Shown: positions 21,121-30,970 of the stretch, piece by piece
Layout: the number at the start of each line of letters is the position of its first letter
How positions within the stretch are numbered: position 1 is the first letter of the stretch
IMG/VR virus record: IMGVR_UViG_3300021962_000022
DNA: 64,000 bases
Source of the DNA: a virus
Taxonomy: Duplodnaviria > Caudoviricetes
Direction: 5' to 3' (one strand)
Notes under the pieces: generated by a model
Told to the model about the DNA's origin: nothing
What the model saw: only the letters and a program-made list of their open reading frames with translations
Database searches by the model: none
Position numbers and translations under genes: made by a program

Positions 21121-21552
21121 ATGGACAACTTAGACGGAATTATCAAAATGCAATTAAGTAACTACAAAGATGAAAAAGTTACTGAAAATTATATGTTCTT
21201 TAGTAACTTAAAACAGTTACATAGACAATGTCAAATGTTATTGGAATTAGACCCCTCAGTCGTTGAATCTATTATACAAAATGGACACGATTGGGCTGAT
21301 GACCACATAGCAGTGGCTAAAGAAAATGTCGACCAAGTTTTTGATTTTATGATGAACACCACAAAAGAATCAATAAACGAGGCCAAATCTAATAAATTGT
21401 GTGCTAGAGGTGTCTCTGCTGCTAAATCAAAATTCAAAGTTTACCCAAGTGCTTATGCCAATGGATATGCTGTACAAGTCTGTAAAGGTAAAATAAAAGG
21501 TCTTGATGGAACAAAAAAATGTTCGGGTTCATATTGTAGTGGTAAAAAATAA
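21121..21552 (+). CDS. Hypothetical protein with Cys/Lys-rich C-terminal module
   Basis: KLCARG..AAK.KFKVYPSAYANGYAVQVCKG. Confidence 0.7.
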   Translation: MDNLDGIIKMQLSNYKDEKVTENYMFFSNLKQLHRQCQMLLELDPSVVESIIQNGHDWADDHIAVAKENVDQVFDFMMNTTKESINEAKSNKLCARGVSAAKSKFKVYPSAYANGYAVQVCKGKIKGLDGTKKCSGSYCSGKK

Positions 21553-22649
21553 TGGATAAGAAAATAATTTGTGAAAATTGTGAGTGGGGATGGTTACTAT
21601 CTGATGGTGGTGATGACCCATACTCATGTCACAAATGTGGTCATGATAATTCTGAAATTTACCTTACAAAAATTCACATAAGTGAAGAAGACTTAATGTA
21701 TGTTACGGAGTGTATTGAATCAGGTGAAGTCTTGAAAGAAGACCTCGCTAGATGGTTCAAAGAAAAATGGGTTGATGTTTCTCGTAAAATAGATGGTAAA
21801 CATCCTCCATGTGGCAGAAAATCCGCGGACGGTGATAAGAGTAGAAAAGGTTATCCAAAATGTAGACCACTAAAAAAGGTTTCCAAAGACACACCCAAAA
21901 TTGCATCTTCATATAGTAAAAAAGAAAAGAAATCTATGGTTTCTCAAAAAAGAAGGGCAGAGAAAAAAGACCCAAAACCCGGTACAGGAAATAAACCAAC
22001 ATTTACAAGATTTGATGAGAATATGATTAACAATATAACAATAAATGTAGATGAAATAATCGATACCTATAATCCACCTAAATTATGGATAGTATCGGAA
22101 TCAAAAAATTTACTAAGTGAGGGATTACAGTATCATATTGAAAAAGAAAAACCATTAATTGAAAACATATATCGAGTTTATTCTGAAAACTTTTTTAATC
22201 TATTCAACGAGTCAAGAGATTTATACAACAAAGGAGTTCTTATACTTGACGGTGAAGACTTAGATTTAATTAAAACAGACATTGGGTTAACAGGTATCTA
22301 TGAAGGTGAAGAAGTTTACTTAGACATTCCATTCATATTAAATGAAGAAGAGTATCTTGTTGAAGCTAAACACAGAGGTAAAAATGTAAAATTAAATAAA
22401 CCATTTAGAACATCAGGTGGTCCTAAAAAATTCGCGGTTTATGTTAAAAATAGTAGTGGAAATGTTGTTAAAGTAACTTTCGGTGACCCAAATCTTAGAG
22501 TTAGGAACAATAATAGGGCGGCAGCGAAGTCATTTAGAGCTCGTCACAAATGTGACCAAAAGAAAGACAGAACAACTGCTGGATATTGGAGTTGTAACAT
22601 CTCAAGATATAGAAAAGCTCTTGGTATCAAATCATCAAACCCTTGGTAA
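21552..22649 (+). CDS. Multi-module hypothetical protein (N-terminal Zn ribbon, basic Cys-containing modules)
   Basis: CENC..CHKC; WFKEKWVD..CGR..YPKCRP; FRARHKCD..AGYWSC. Confidence 0.7.
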   Translation: MDKKIICENCEWGWLLSDGGDDPYSCHKCGHDNSEIYLTKIHISEEDLMYVTECIESGEVLKEDLARWFKEKWVDVSRKIDGKHPPCGRKSADGDKSRKGYPKCRPLKKVSKDTPKIASSYSKKEKKSMVSQKRRAEKKDPKPGTGNKPTFTRFDENMINNITINVDEIIDTYNPPKLWIVSESKNLLSEGLQYHIEKEKPLIENIYRVYSENFFNLFNESRDLYNKGVLILDGEDLDLIKTDIGLTGIYEGEEVYLDIPFILNEEEYLVEAKHRGKNVKLNKPFRTSGGPKKFAVYVKNSSGNVVKVTFGDPNLRVRNNNRAAAKSFRARHKCDQKKDRTTAGYWSCNISRYRKALGIKSSNPW

Positions 22650-22945
22650 TGGATTTCCCATTCAAAGAAGAATTAAAAGAAGGATTTCATGTTAGAACAT
22701 TCACCTCAGATTTAACTGAGATGGAATTGAAGTGGCATTTTGACAAAGAAGATAGGATTGTTATTTGTGAACATGACACTGATTGGATGTTTCAAATGGA
22801 TAATGAATTACCCATACAAATTAAAAAAAATACCCCCATTTTCATACATGAGGGTACTTATCACAGAATTATTAAAGGAACAGGTGACTTAATTGTTAAA
22901 GTTAAAAAACTTAATAATAATACACCTGAACACCACACTCATTGA
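22649..22945 (+). CDS. Cupin-like hypothetical protein
   Basis: WHFDKEDR...IFIHEGTYHRIIKG; ATG 22649 overlaps the previous TAA. Confidence 0.55.
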   Translation: MDFPFKEELKEGFHVRTFTSDLTEMELKWHFDKEDRIVICEHDTDWMFQMDNELPIQIKKNTPIFIHEGTYHRIIKGTGDLIVKVKKLNNNTPEHHTH

Positions 22946-23351
22946 GAAGTTGTTGACTTTTCATCTGTGATTCCACCCATTTCTCTTTGTTTTTAGTGGT
23001 ACACTCGGTTTTACACCAAACCACTTTAATCCCCGAATTAACAATACCTCTTGCACAATCCATACAAGGTAATCCCGAAGTTAGATATATTGTGGAATTT
23101 TTAAGAGACACACCAATACGTGCTGCGTTGTAGATTGCATTACGTTCAGCGTGTTCAAACCAAAAGTATTTCTCAGGTCTTTCCTGACGTTCTTCTATGG
23201 TATCATCCAATCCTCTCGGAAATGAATTATAACCCGTAGAAAGTACCTCATTATCAACACCAACAATTACGGCACCAATCTGTGTAGATTTATCTTTTGA
23301 TTTTAGTTTTACTTGTTCGGCGATGTTTAAGAAATATTCGGTCCAATTCAT
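22911..23351 (-). CDS. dCMP deaminase
   Basis: HAERNAI and PCMDC zinc motifs, IGAVIV..GYN. Confidence 0.92.
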   Translation of the reverse strand: MNWTEYFLNIAEQVKLKSKDKSTQIGAVIVGVDNEVLSTGYNSFPRGLDDTIEERQERPEKYFWFEHAERNAIYNAARIGVSLKNSTIYLTSGLPCMDCARGIVNSGIKVVWCKTECTTKNKEKWVESQMKSQQLLNECGVQVYYY

Positions 23352-23698
23352 AATAGTTTTTGTTTAGAAATATAGTGTATTCTGTCATTAGAATAAAGGT
23401 TCATTCGATATGCGATATTTTTTTCAACCAATTTACCCATTTCGATTAAATTGTTGGAGTCTCTTAAATCTATTCCAACCATATAACCATCTGCGTGTTT
23501 TGTGTAGATTATAGGTCTAATATACTTGTCATTGTCGTCCATAACAAGATACTTTACCATTTCTTCTTTGGTTTGTTTACATTCGATGTTTCGGGACTCA
23601 ACTAAATTCTTTAAAACATCTAATCGTAATTTATTATAATCAATTGGTTCGTCTGATTTTAAACTATTAGCAATTTGTTTTTTAGTCATTTTACCCAT
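23348..23698 (-). CDS. Hypothetical protein, possible SAP/HeH-like N-terminus
   Basis: YNKLRLDVLKNLVESRNI...KEEMVKYL; TATTTATA 4 nt upstream. Confidence 0.6.
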   Translation of the reverse strand: MGKMTKKQIANSLKSDEPIDYNKLRLDVLKNLVESRNIECKQTKEEMVKYLVMDDNDKYIRPIIYTKHADGYMVGIDLRDSNNLIEMGKLVEKNIAYRMNLYSNDRIHYISKQKLL

Positions 23699-23730
23699 AG
23701 AATATAAATATAGTTAAAATATTTGGCAAT

Positions 23731-23757
23731 AAAAAAGGGGGACTAATGTCCCCCTTT
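23731..23757 (-). terminator. Rho-independent terminator after the major capsid gene
   Basis: GGGGAC-ATTA-GTCCCC followed by a T run on the minus strand. Confidence 0.85.
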
Positions 23758-23777
23758 CTATTATGAGATTGAAATGA

Positions 23778-25535
23778 TTATCTCAAGGTGTCAAGACTGA
23801 ATGTAGTCAAACCACCAACGTTAATCACACCAAAGTAACGGTTGTTAACCATTTTCTTAGCGTATCTTGTCATGATACCTTTGATTGGTGTAAAGTTGAA
23901 TGGATTGTACATTGTAGGTGTCAATTGTAATGGAACGTATGGTGCGTAAATGTAACCAGCGTCCAACAATGATTTACCTTTGTGACCGATGATAACTTTA
24001 CCAGCTGGTAAGTAAGGGTCACGGTAAACTTGATAACGACCTGCTAATGAACCGATTTTCTCGATACCCATGTTGTATTGGTCTTGCTCAGGGTTAGCGT
24101 TTGAAACGTGGAAGTATTCCAAGTCATCAAATACTGCAGATACCTCAGAAGATACAACAATCCAGTTAGCTCCACCTCTTAAGGTAGTTTTGTGGATTTG
24201 AGCTGAGATTTGGTTAATCTTGGTAACCAAAGTTTGGTTCCAATCTTTTTGAGTATAACCAGCGAATGATGAACCACCATTACCGTATCTCCACTCATTG
24301 TAGTCCCATTTAGCGGACCAAGCGGCACCTTTACGGATGTCACGAAGGATTTCACGGTCGATTTCTGCTGCGATTTGCTCAGACAATAAAGCTGTCAATT
24401 CTGCTTCAGCATCGATGTTGTGGAATGCACTTACGTCTTGAGCCAATTCAGGAGACCAGCTAGCTCTTAACTTTCTTTCAGTTACAGAAACTGTTACTGA
24501 TTGAAGGTCGAAAGATACTTCACCGATTTCTTCTTCGAATTCAAGTGAACTGTATTCTCTCCAAGAAACTTTAAGGTCAGAAGCAGCCAATGTAGAACCT
24601 GCAACTGTGTAGTCAGTGTATCCAGTTGTTACACCGTTATACTTTTGTAAGTCAACTTGAAGGTAGATAACACCTTCAGCGTCACAAATGTTGTCATATT
24701 TACCAGTTCTACCAGTACCTTTACTTCCGTATTCTACAATACCTTTACCGTATTTTTGTGTTACTACGTTAAAAGGAATGTTAGCAGCCGCAGTTGCACC
24801 TAAGTGAGTATACAAACTACTATCTACACCTGTTAGAGTAAATACAGTTAATGAAGCCAAGAACTCTTCAGTGTCCATAACTTGACCGTTAGGACCAGCA
24901 AGTTTAGCGGCACCGTCGTAAGTAGTGAAACCAGAAAGTTTCAAGATTACACTTGATACAGTGTTACCAGTTGCGATTGCTGATTGAGTTGATGCAGTAC
25001 CGTTACTGAATGTTACGAATTCAATAGAAGTACCTGTAACACTTGTGTAAGTACCTTTTGAATAATCGAACAAACCTGAATCTACTGAATCACTTGACTC
25101 ATAGAAACGGTCGTACAAGTTATTACCTGTGTAACCTGCTGCTGGGTCAGTCTCATCACTTGGGAATCCGTAAGGTTTACGGTGGTCGCCGGCGTTTCTG
25201 TCTTGGATTTTAGGTACGAAGTAGAACAATTTACCGATAGGTAAGTTCATTGCTTGTACTGAAACGATGTCATTCGCTAATAATTTAGAGAATACACGAC
25301 GGATGATAGGGAATACTACAGTTTCGAAAGAACCTGAAGCATCGGCTACAGCCGCTTCGTTGATTAGGTATGAAGCTTGGTTTTCATACAATTGTGCGAT
25401 GTTGTCTTTTTGGTGACCGTTAAGACCCTCAAGGAATCCTAAGTCGTCCCATTTTTTGATGGTATCTTCTTTGATAACACGAAGGTGCTTAAGACCGATG
25501 TTACCAACCATACCTGATTCTAATAATGCTCCCAT
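23778..25535 (-). CDS. Major capsid protein, T4 gp23-like
   Basis: VSVQAMNLPIGKLFY, RKLRASWSPELAQD, ELTALLSEQIAAEIDREI, YAPYVPL, GIMTRY. Confidence 0.97.
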   Translation of the reverse strand: MGALLESGMVGNIGLKHLRVIKEDTIKKWDDLGFLEGLNGHQKDNIAQLYENQASYLINEAAVADASGSFETVVFPIIRRVFSKLLANDIVSVQAMNLPIGKLFYFVPKIQDRNAGDHRKPYGFPSDETDPAAGYTGNNLYDRFYESSDSVDSGLFDYSKGTYTSVTGTSIEFVTFSNGTASTQSAIATGNTVSSVILKLSGFTTYDGAAKLAGPNGQVMDTEEFLASLTVFTLTGVDSSLYTHLGATAAANIPFNVVTQKYGKGIVEYGSKGTGRTGKYDNICDAEGVIYLQVDLQKYNGVTTGYTDYTVAGSTLAASDLKVSWREYSSLEFEEEIGEVSFDLQSVTVSVTERKLRASWSPELAQDVSAFHNIDAEAELTALLSEQIAAEIDREILRDIRKGAAWSAKWDYNEWRYGNGGSSFAGYTQKDWNQTLVTKINQISAQIHKTTLRGGANWIVVSSEVSAVFDDLEYFHVSNANPEQDQYNMGIEKIGSLAGRYQVYRDPYLPAGKVIIGHKGKSLLDAGYIYAPYVPLQLTPTMYNPFNFTPIKGIMTRYAKKMVNNRYFGVINVGGLTTFSLDTLR

Positions 25536-25569
25536 TTTAGTATTGATTTTTAATTTTTAAGTTTATTGT

Positions 25570-26850
25570 TTATTTTAATTTCGACATCAAATCTTTCATT
25601 CTCTTGAATTGTGGATTCTCGTATGCTTTAGATTCCGACAATACTTTTTGAGATGAAGAAGAAGTTGGTGCCGTAGTTATTTTATCAACCACTGATTCGG
25701 TCACAGGTTTTTTAGTGTCCAATTCAGTTTTTATAGAACTATATAAGTTCTTAGACTCTTTCAAGGTTGAAATTGAATCGAATCTTTTTAGGATGTTTAA
25801 CTTTTCTTGTTTGGTGGTTGAGTGTTCTGTAAACAAACGAGTAGCGTAAGCTAAGTTGGCGTTAAAGACAGCAACTTCGTTCAACTTTTCTTTGAATAAT
25901 ACAAGAGATTTCTTGTACTCATCATTTTGTTTTCTAAGTTTGCTAACTTCTTCGTTGATTTCTTCTCTCTTATTACCAGCGTAGAATTTCTTTTTGGATT
26001 TAATTCCTCCATGATATCCATTACCCATAGTACGAGCAGATTCTTCAACATCACCTTCCATAGGTTCGTAACCTTCTTCGTAAGTTTCGTCAACATATTC
26101 TTCTAATGATTCACCACCTAAGGTTTCATCATCATCTTCATATGACATGTCTTCGTTTGTATCATCAAGTTCGATTTCGTAAACAGTTTCTTCAGAGTCA
26201 TCCATCATTTCTTCCAAAGACTCATCCGAATATTCTGATTCATCACCTTCTCCCAAATTTTCATCGGAATATTCTGATTCATCACCTTCTTCTAAATCTT
26301 CTTCAGACATCATAGTTTCATCTAAGTCTTCTTCACCTAACTTAATGATATACTCATCATCACCATCAGACAATTCAATGTGGTCATCATCTTTTTTCAC
26401 GATTACACCATCTTCAGGACTCATTGCTTTGAATACTTTTAAAATTTCGTCTTCATCAGCTCCTGTCATATCAACAACGTCATTATCATCTTCGTCATCT
26501 CCGAATCCGCCCATGTTAAACATATTACCCATGTCGTCATCGTCATCTTCAGATGAATCTTTATCGTCGATACCTTTAGTTGGTTCATCAGATGATTCGT
26601 CATCATCCTCGTCCGATTTATCGTCCCCTGTTTCATCATCAGCTTTTGCTGACACATCATCTGTGGGGTCTTCTTCAGGAGTAGGTTGTTCTTTAACTTC
26701 CTTCTCCTCATCTTCCATTGATTCTTTCAACAAATCACCTAGTTCTTGCTTCATAGTAGATGCAAGTATACCTTTTGCGTTTGCTTTTACTGCCTCTTCA
26801 AGAGTCTGTACTTGAAGTAATGCTTGTTCTAGAATGGATTTTTCGCTCAT
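25570..26850 (-). CDS. Prohead core/scaffold protein (gp22-like, highly acidic)
   Basis: Lies between protease and capsid genes; D/E-rich centre, coiled-coil C-terminus, internal GDESEYSDE duplication. Confidence 0.75.
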   Translation of the reverse strand: MSEKSILEQALLQVQTLEEAVKANAKGILASTMKQELGDLLKESMEDEEKEVKEQPTPEEDPTDDVSAKADDETGDDKSDEDDDESSDEPTKGIDDKDSSEDDDDDMGNMFNMGGFGDDEDDNDVVDMTGADEDEILKVFKAMSPEDGVIVKKDDDHIELSDGDDEYIIKLGEEDLDETMMSEEDLEEGDESEYSDENLGEGDESEYSDESLEEMMDDSEETVYEIELDDTNEDMSYEDDDETLGGESLEEYVDETYEEGYEPMEGDVEESARTMGNGYHGGIKSKKKFYAGNKREEINEEVSKLRKQNDEYKKSLVLFKEKLNEVAVFNANLAYATRLFTEHSTTKQEKLNILKRFDSISTLKESKNLYSSIKTELDTKKPVTESVVDKITTAPTSSSSQKVLSESKAYENPQFKRMKDLMSKLK

Positions 26851-26930
26851 TTTATTAAATATATTTACCTATAAATATGTCGATAATGTAAAAAAATACG
26901 GATTATAGTATGATAAACTATATTAAATAC

Positions 26931-27614
26931 TTATTTACCCAAATAAGTATCCAACTTAGACATCAAATTTTTCATTCTGTCAGAGTCGGCAGGTTTATCT
27001 TGAATTGATTCTTGGTATTGGTCTCTGTCTTTTAAATCAGAGAATACATATGCACCTGGTGTGCTTGGAGATGATACTAAATCAAAACAAACTAATTCAA
27101 AATCTTCTTGAACTATGTTTTGTCCTTTAATATTTTTTAATGACCCAACACCTCTTGAAGAAATACCAAGTGTTGCTCCATTCATAAGTAACATTGCTGC
27201 TTGGTCACCTTTGGTACTAACGATACCCATTTTTTTCCAAGCGGGAGATGTAAACAATTTAATCTTACCCATTAAGATTTTCCCATCCCACCATGTTTCC
27301 AATATGGAATGAGAAACTCTATCTAAATCGATAAGAGAAGATGTTGGGTGATTTAACTCATTAAGAGCACTTCCTTTTTTTATTAAGGTTTGATATTTTT
27401 CGTTTTCTCTTTTTAATATGTTTTCAGGATATATTCTACCATTTTTATTTGGTGTGTCATATTTCTGCAAAACAGCATAAAGGACTACATCTTGCGAGTA
27501 ATCCACGTCTTTCATCTCAGAAATTATTTTCTGATTTTCTAATGGTGAGATATATCCGGCATCGTATTCAATTAGTATACCTTTACCGGTTTCATTTGGC
27601 CCGAGTATTTTCAT
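26931..27614 (-). CDS. Prohead protease, T4 gp21-like
   Basis: NKNGRIY, ELNHP, LGISSRGVGS, FDLVSSPSTPGA. Confidence 0.95.
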   Translation of the reverse strand: MKILGPNETGKGILIEYDAGYISPLENQKIISEMKDVDYSQDVVLYAVLQKYDTPNKNGRIYPENILKRENEKYQTLIKKGSALNELNHPTSSLIDLDRVSHSILETWWDGKILMGKIKLFTSPAWKKMGIVSTKGDQAAMLLMNGATLGISSRGVGSLKNIKGQNIVQEDFELVCFDLVSSPSTPGAYVFSDLKDRDQYQESIQDKPADSDRMKNLMSKLDTYLGK

Positions 27615-27649
27615 CCAACTTTTTTATAATAAATACCCCGAATACTGAA

Positions 27650-28075
27650 TTAATTCTTTTTTTCAAAGAAATTAAATAAAGTTTCGTCCGTTAAAACGGT
27701 ATCTACTATAGATTCTGATAAGTTGGATATAATATTTTTAACCTCTTTTGACCTTACATCAAAAAACTTCTCTACATATAAAGTAATTTCAAGGTCCATG
27801 AATGACCTTTTATTTTCTTTTATGCCATTAGTTTTAATATCTAAATCGACTATTGATTCTTTTTTGAATAAATCAGAATTCAAAGAATAAATTTTTTCTT
27901 TGATTTGTCTTCTGGTTTTCGAAATTAACTTATCAAAGTCGTGGTCGATTATTGTGGGTTGGGTCCATGAGTTTAGTTGAATGTAGACCGTTTTTAAGTT
28001 CTTATAATCAACAGTACCATACCCAATCTTTACATTATTGTGTACACCTATTGAAATAAACTTTCCTTTTTTCAT
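27650..28075 (-). CDS. Hypothetical protein
   Basis: 141-aa ORF. Confidence 0.7.
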   Translation of the reverse strand: MKKGKFISIGVHNNVKIGYGTVDYKNLKTVYIQLNSWTQPTIIDHDFDKLISKTRRQIKEKIYSLNSDLFKKESIVDLDIKTNGIKENKRSFMDLEITLYVEKFFDVRSKEVKNIISNLSESIVDTVLTDETLFNFFEKKN

Positions 28076-28171
28076 TTAAATTTATCATACTTATATATTT
28101 TATGGTGTATTTAAAATATACAGAATAAACTTAACAAATCAAAACTTTTCAATTATATTTAAAAAAAACAT

Positions 28172-28372
28172 ATGATAATCGTAAACGTCAATAAAGAGAA
28201 GAACCTTGAATCTGCATTAAAGAAATACAAATACAAGGTTCAAAAGACTAAACAAAACGATAAATTGAGGGAAAAACAACAATATACTAAACCCTCAGTT
28301 GCTAAAAGAAGTAAAAAGTTAAAAGCTATCTACAAACAACAATTGTTTACGAATCAAGAAAAATCAAATTAA
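28172..28372 (+). CDS. rpsU: Ribosomal protein bS21
   Basis: 66 aa; LESALKKYK.K...LR....YTKPSV.KR...KAIY matches the bS21 pattern, Bacteroidota-like. Confidence 0.9.
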   Translation: MIIVNVNKEKNLESALKKYKYKVQKTKQNDKLREKQQYTKPSVAKRSKKLKAIYKQQLFTNQEKSN

Positions 28373-29104
28373 ACCGTTTTTCAATTCAATCAACTTGTAG
28401 TAATTGTATTTTGTAACCTCTGACTTATCTACCTCTGATTTCACATTATTAAGTTTACTTACAACAGAATCTTCAGTTGATTCTTTCAAAAGAGAATCGA
28501 GTTTATTATTCAACTCTTTTTTAATTGTATTCATTTCCAAAACCAAATCATCGTTTGTCATGGAAACAATCTTATTAAACGTCCCTTTTTGTTCTTCATT
28601 TAAGAAATCTGCGTATTTTATATTAAAGTTATTTACCAACACCGCATTTAACAATGAATGGTTTTCAATTTGAATTGGTGAAGGTTCAACAACTTCTTTT
28701 TTCTTTTCAGAAATTAAATGATTTATTAAATTTTCTCTGGCGTCAATTTTAGATGCGATATTGTGCATATTAGACTCTTCAGATAAGATATCTAAGTCAT
28801 TGTATACTGAAGTATTTTCCACAACAACATCTTTGAGAGATTTACCGAATTCTTTCATCTCTTTTTTCAAAGATTTCATTTTATCAATCAAAATCGGTTC
28901 AATAGATTCTACATACAATTTAGCTTTATCTCTACTTGTAATATTAAGATTTTCTATGTTTTCATAAAACATATACATCTCAACCAAAGATTTATTTGAT
29001 TTTAGTTTTTTTACCAAATCTTTAATTTCACTCTTTTTATTAGAGGTGTACGATTCGGTTAATTTTGTCAATAGTTTTGTTTTTAATTCACCAAAGTTTG
29101 TCAT
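28364..29104 (-). CDS. Hypothetical helical protein in the head module
   Basis: 246-aa ORF directly downstream of the portal gene. Confidence 0.75.
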   Translation of the reverse strand: MTNFGELKTKLLTKLTESYTSNKKSEIKDLVKKLKSNKSLVEMYMFYENIENLNITSRDKAKLYVESIEPILIDKMKSLKKEMKEFGKSLKDVVVENTSVYNDLDILSEESNMHNIASKIDARENLINHLISEKKKEVVEPSPIQIENHSLLNAVLVNNFNIKYADFLNEEQKGTFNKIVSMTNDDLVLEMNTIKKELNNKLDSLLKESTEDSVVSKLNNVKSEVDKSEVTKYNYYKLIELKNGLI

Positions 29105-29109
29105 TTCAG

Positions 29110-30918
29110 TTATTCGTTTAAAAAGTCTTTTAGTTTATTTTCTATTTCATAAATATTCTGTTGAGCTTTATCCATGTTAAATAAATCTTTTAAATTTTCA
29201 TTTTCACCTAACATGCTCAATATATTATGTTTTTTAGTTTCATTTTCACTCAATGGAGCTTCACCACCGGCTGGCGGTGGAGGTGGAGGTGCTCCTCCTC
29301 CCATATCTGAACCCATTCCTCCTCCTCCTTCAGGTGCTTCACCACCTTCTTGTCTTTCTTCTTCAGGTACACCATACTTAGAATCCACATCATCAAATAC
29401 TCCTGAACGTTTAATTACATTTTGTGTATTTGTTAATTCAAATCCTATTGCTCTTTCAAGTCTTTGTTGTTGTAAATCCAACACTACTTCACTATCACTC
29501 ATACCAAGAATATTCTTCTTAGCCCATGTATGTGAAACAGGAAGAATACCTATTTGAGATTGGTCTGATGTTGCATCTTTATACAAGGTTATTTTTTCTT
29601 TCCATTGTTCAATTCTTAATAAATCAGACTGAGCAGATGGATTGGTTAATGATAATGTAAAGTTGTCTAATTCGTCCTCTAAACCAAGTAAATAAAGATG
29701 GATTAATGCAATCTTATTTAATTCTTGAATTATTGATTTTTGAATTCTATTAATTGTTCTTGCAAAACGTATATCCATTAACGCAAGAGTCTTACCATCG
29801 CCCACAACTTCTTCAAAACCTAAGAATGCTTTAGGAATACGAAGAGCTGCCAACATTTTCTTTTGGATGTATTCAATATCCGCAATCTCACCTAAATTTT
29901 GAGCTCCCGCCAAAGTTTCAATTGGATTTGTTTGAGCGGGGTCACGAACAGGTATGAAATAATCTTGGTCTACTGCCATTTGATTATATCTCATATCCAC
30001 CTGACCGTTTCTTGAGTCTACTATTTGGTCTCTTTTAAATTTGTTTGCAACACGTTGTACATATGCTTCAATATCTTTGTCATCCATGTTACCAACAAAG
30101 ATTTTGAAAACTCTTCTTTCAGGTGCTCTAGTTGTTCTATAAATCAACATGGCATCTTCAGCCAAAAGTAATTGTTTCCAAATCCTCCTTATTTTGTCTA
30201 ACATAGAAGTACCATAAGGAAGTTTTCTATCATCACCTAACAATCTAAAATGTGCAATTTCCCAAGCTTGGAATTCCAAATCTTTATTTTTCCATTGGAA
30301 TCTTAATTCCCTTGTGGGCATCTGCATTGCATTTTGTTGGTTCGGTGTTTTACTTTCTTTACCCTCGTGTCTTTCTATTTCAATATTTGGTAGTTGTTGG
30401 CAACCTATGATACCCTTTTCAGGGTCAATTTTCAGGTAAACGAAATTGTCTCCATACTTACACACACCTCTTGTCCACATTTGTAGATTAGTGTTTAAAT
30501 CTAATCTATTCATGAATAAATCTTCAAGAATACTTTTAATTCTTGTTGATTCTGAAAATATGGTTAAAATTTCACCCTTTTCGGATAAAGTTGTTGATTC
30601 TTCAGCGTAGATGTCTAATGCCGCAGAAATTTCAGGAGTAAACTCCATTGATTCATAATCGTAATATGCTGATAACCTGTTAGGTTCATAGTATACCGAT
30701 TGGTTGTAAAGAGATTGGTCGAGTTTTGTCCATTTATCCGCGATGTATTGACTTTGTTGTGCTTGCAACATCGCTTTCTCATACTCTTCTCGACTATTTG
30801 TTTTTAATATTTGCTCTTTGTCAAAATTGAAAGACGGAGCTTCTTCAGGAGTTACCTTATTAGGAAACCCAAACACCTTTGTTAATCTCTGAAAAACCGT
30901 CAAATTACTTTCTGCCAT
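29110..30918 (-). CDS. Portal protein, T4 gp20-like
   Basis: YESMEFTPEISAALDIYAEE, EDAMLIYRTTRAPERRVFKIFVGN, DYFIPVR, ALRIPKAFL. Confidence 0.96.
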   Translation of the reverse strand: MAESNLTVFQRLTKVFGFPNKVTPEEAPSFNFDKEQILKTNSREEYEKAMLQAQQSQYIADKWTKLDQSLYNQSVYYEPNRLSAYYDYESMEFTPEISAALDIYAEESTTLSEKGEILTIFSESTRIKSILEDLFMNRLDLNTNLQMWTRGVCKYGDNFVYLKIDPEKGIIGCQQLPNIEIERHEGKESKTPNQQNAMQMPTRELRFQWKNKDLEFQAWEIAHFRLLGDDRKLPYGTSMLDKIRRIWKQLLLAEDAMLIYRTTRAPERRVFKIFVGNMDDKDIEAYVQRVANKFKRDQIVDSRNGQVDMRYNQMAVDQDYFIPVRDPAQTNPIETLAGAQNLGEIADIEYIQKKMLAALRIPKAFLGFEEVVGDGKTLALMDIRFARTINRIQKSIIQELNKIALIHLYLLGLEDELDNFTLSLTNPSAQSDLLRIEQWKEKITLYKDATSDQSQIGILPVSHTWAKKNILGMSDSEVVLDLQQQRLERAIGFELTNTQNVIKRSGVFDDVDSKYGVPEEERQEGGEAPEGGGGMGSDMGGGAPPPPPPAGGEAPLSENETKKHNILSMLGENENLKDLFNMDKAQQNIYEIENKLKDFLNE

Positions 30919-30970
30919 GTATATAAATAGTTTATGAGAATATAATTAATTCTGTTATGATAATAAAGGA

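Noticed and set aside
26222-26290. Short direct repeat in the scaffold gene
   Set aside because: In-frame duplication within an acidic low-complexity linker; no sign of a mobile or regulatory role.
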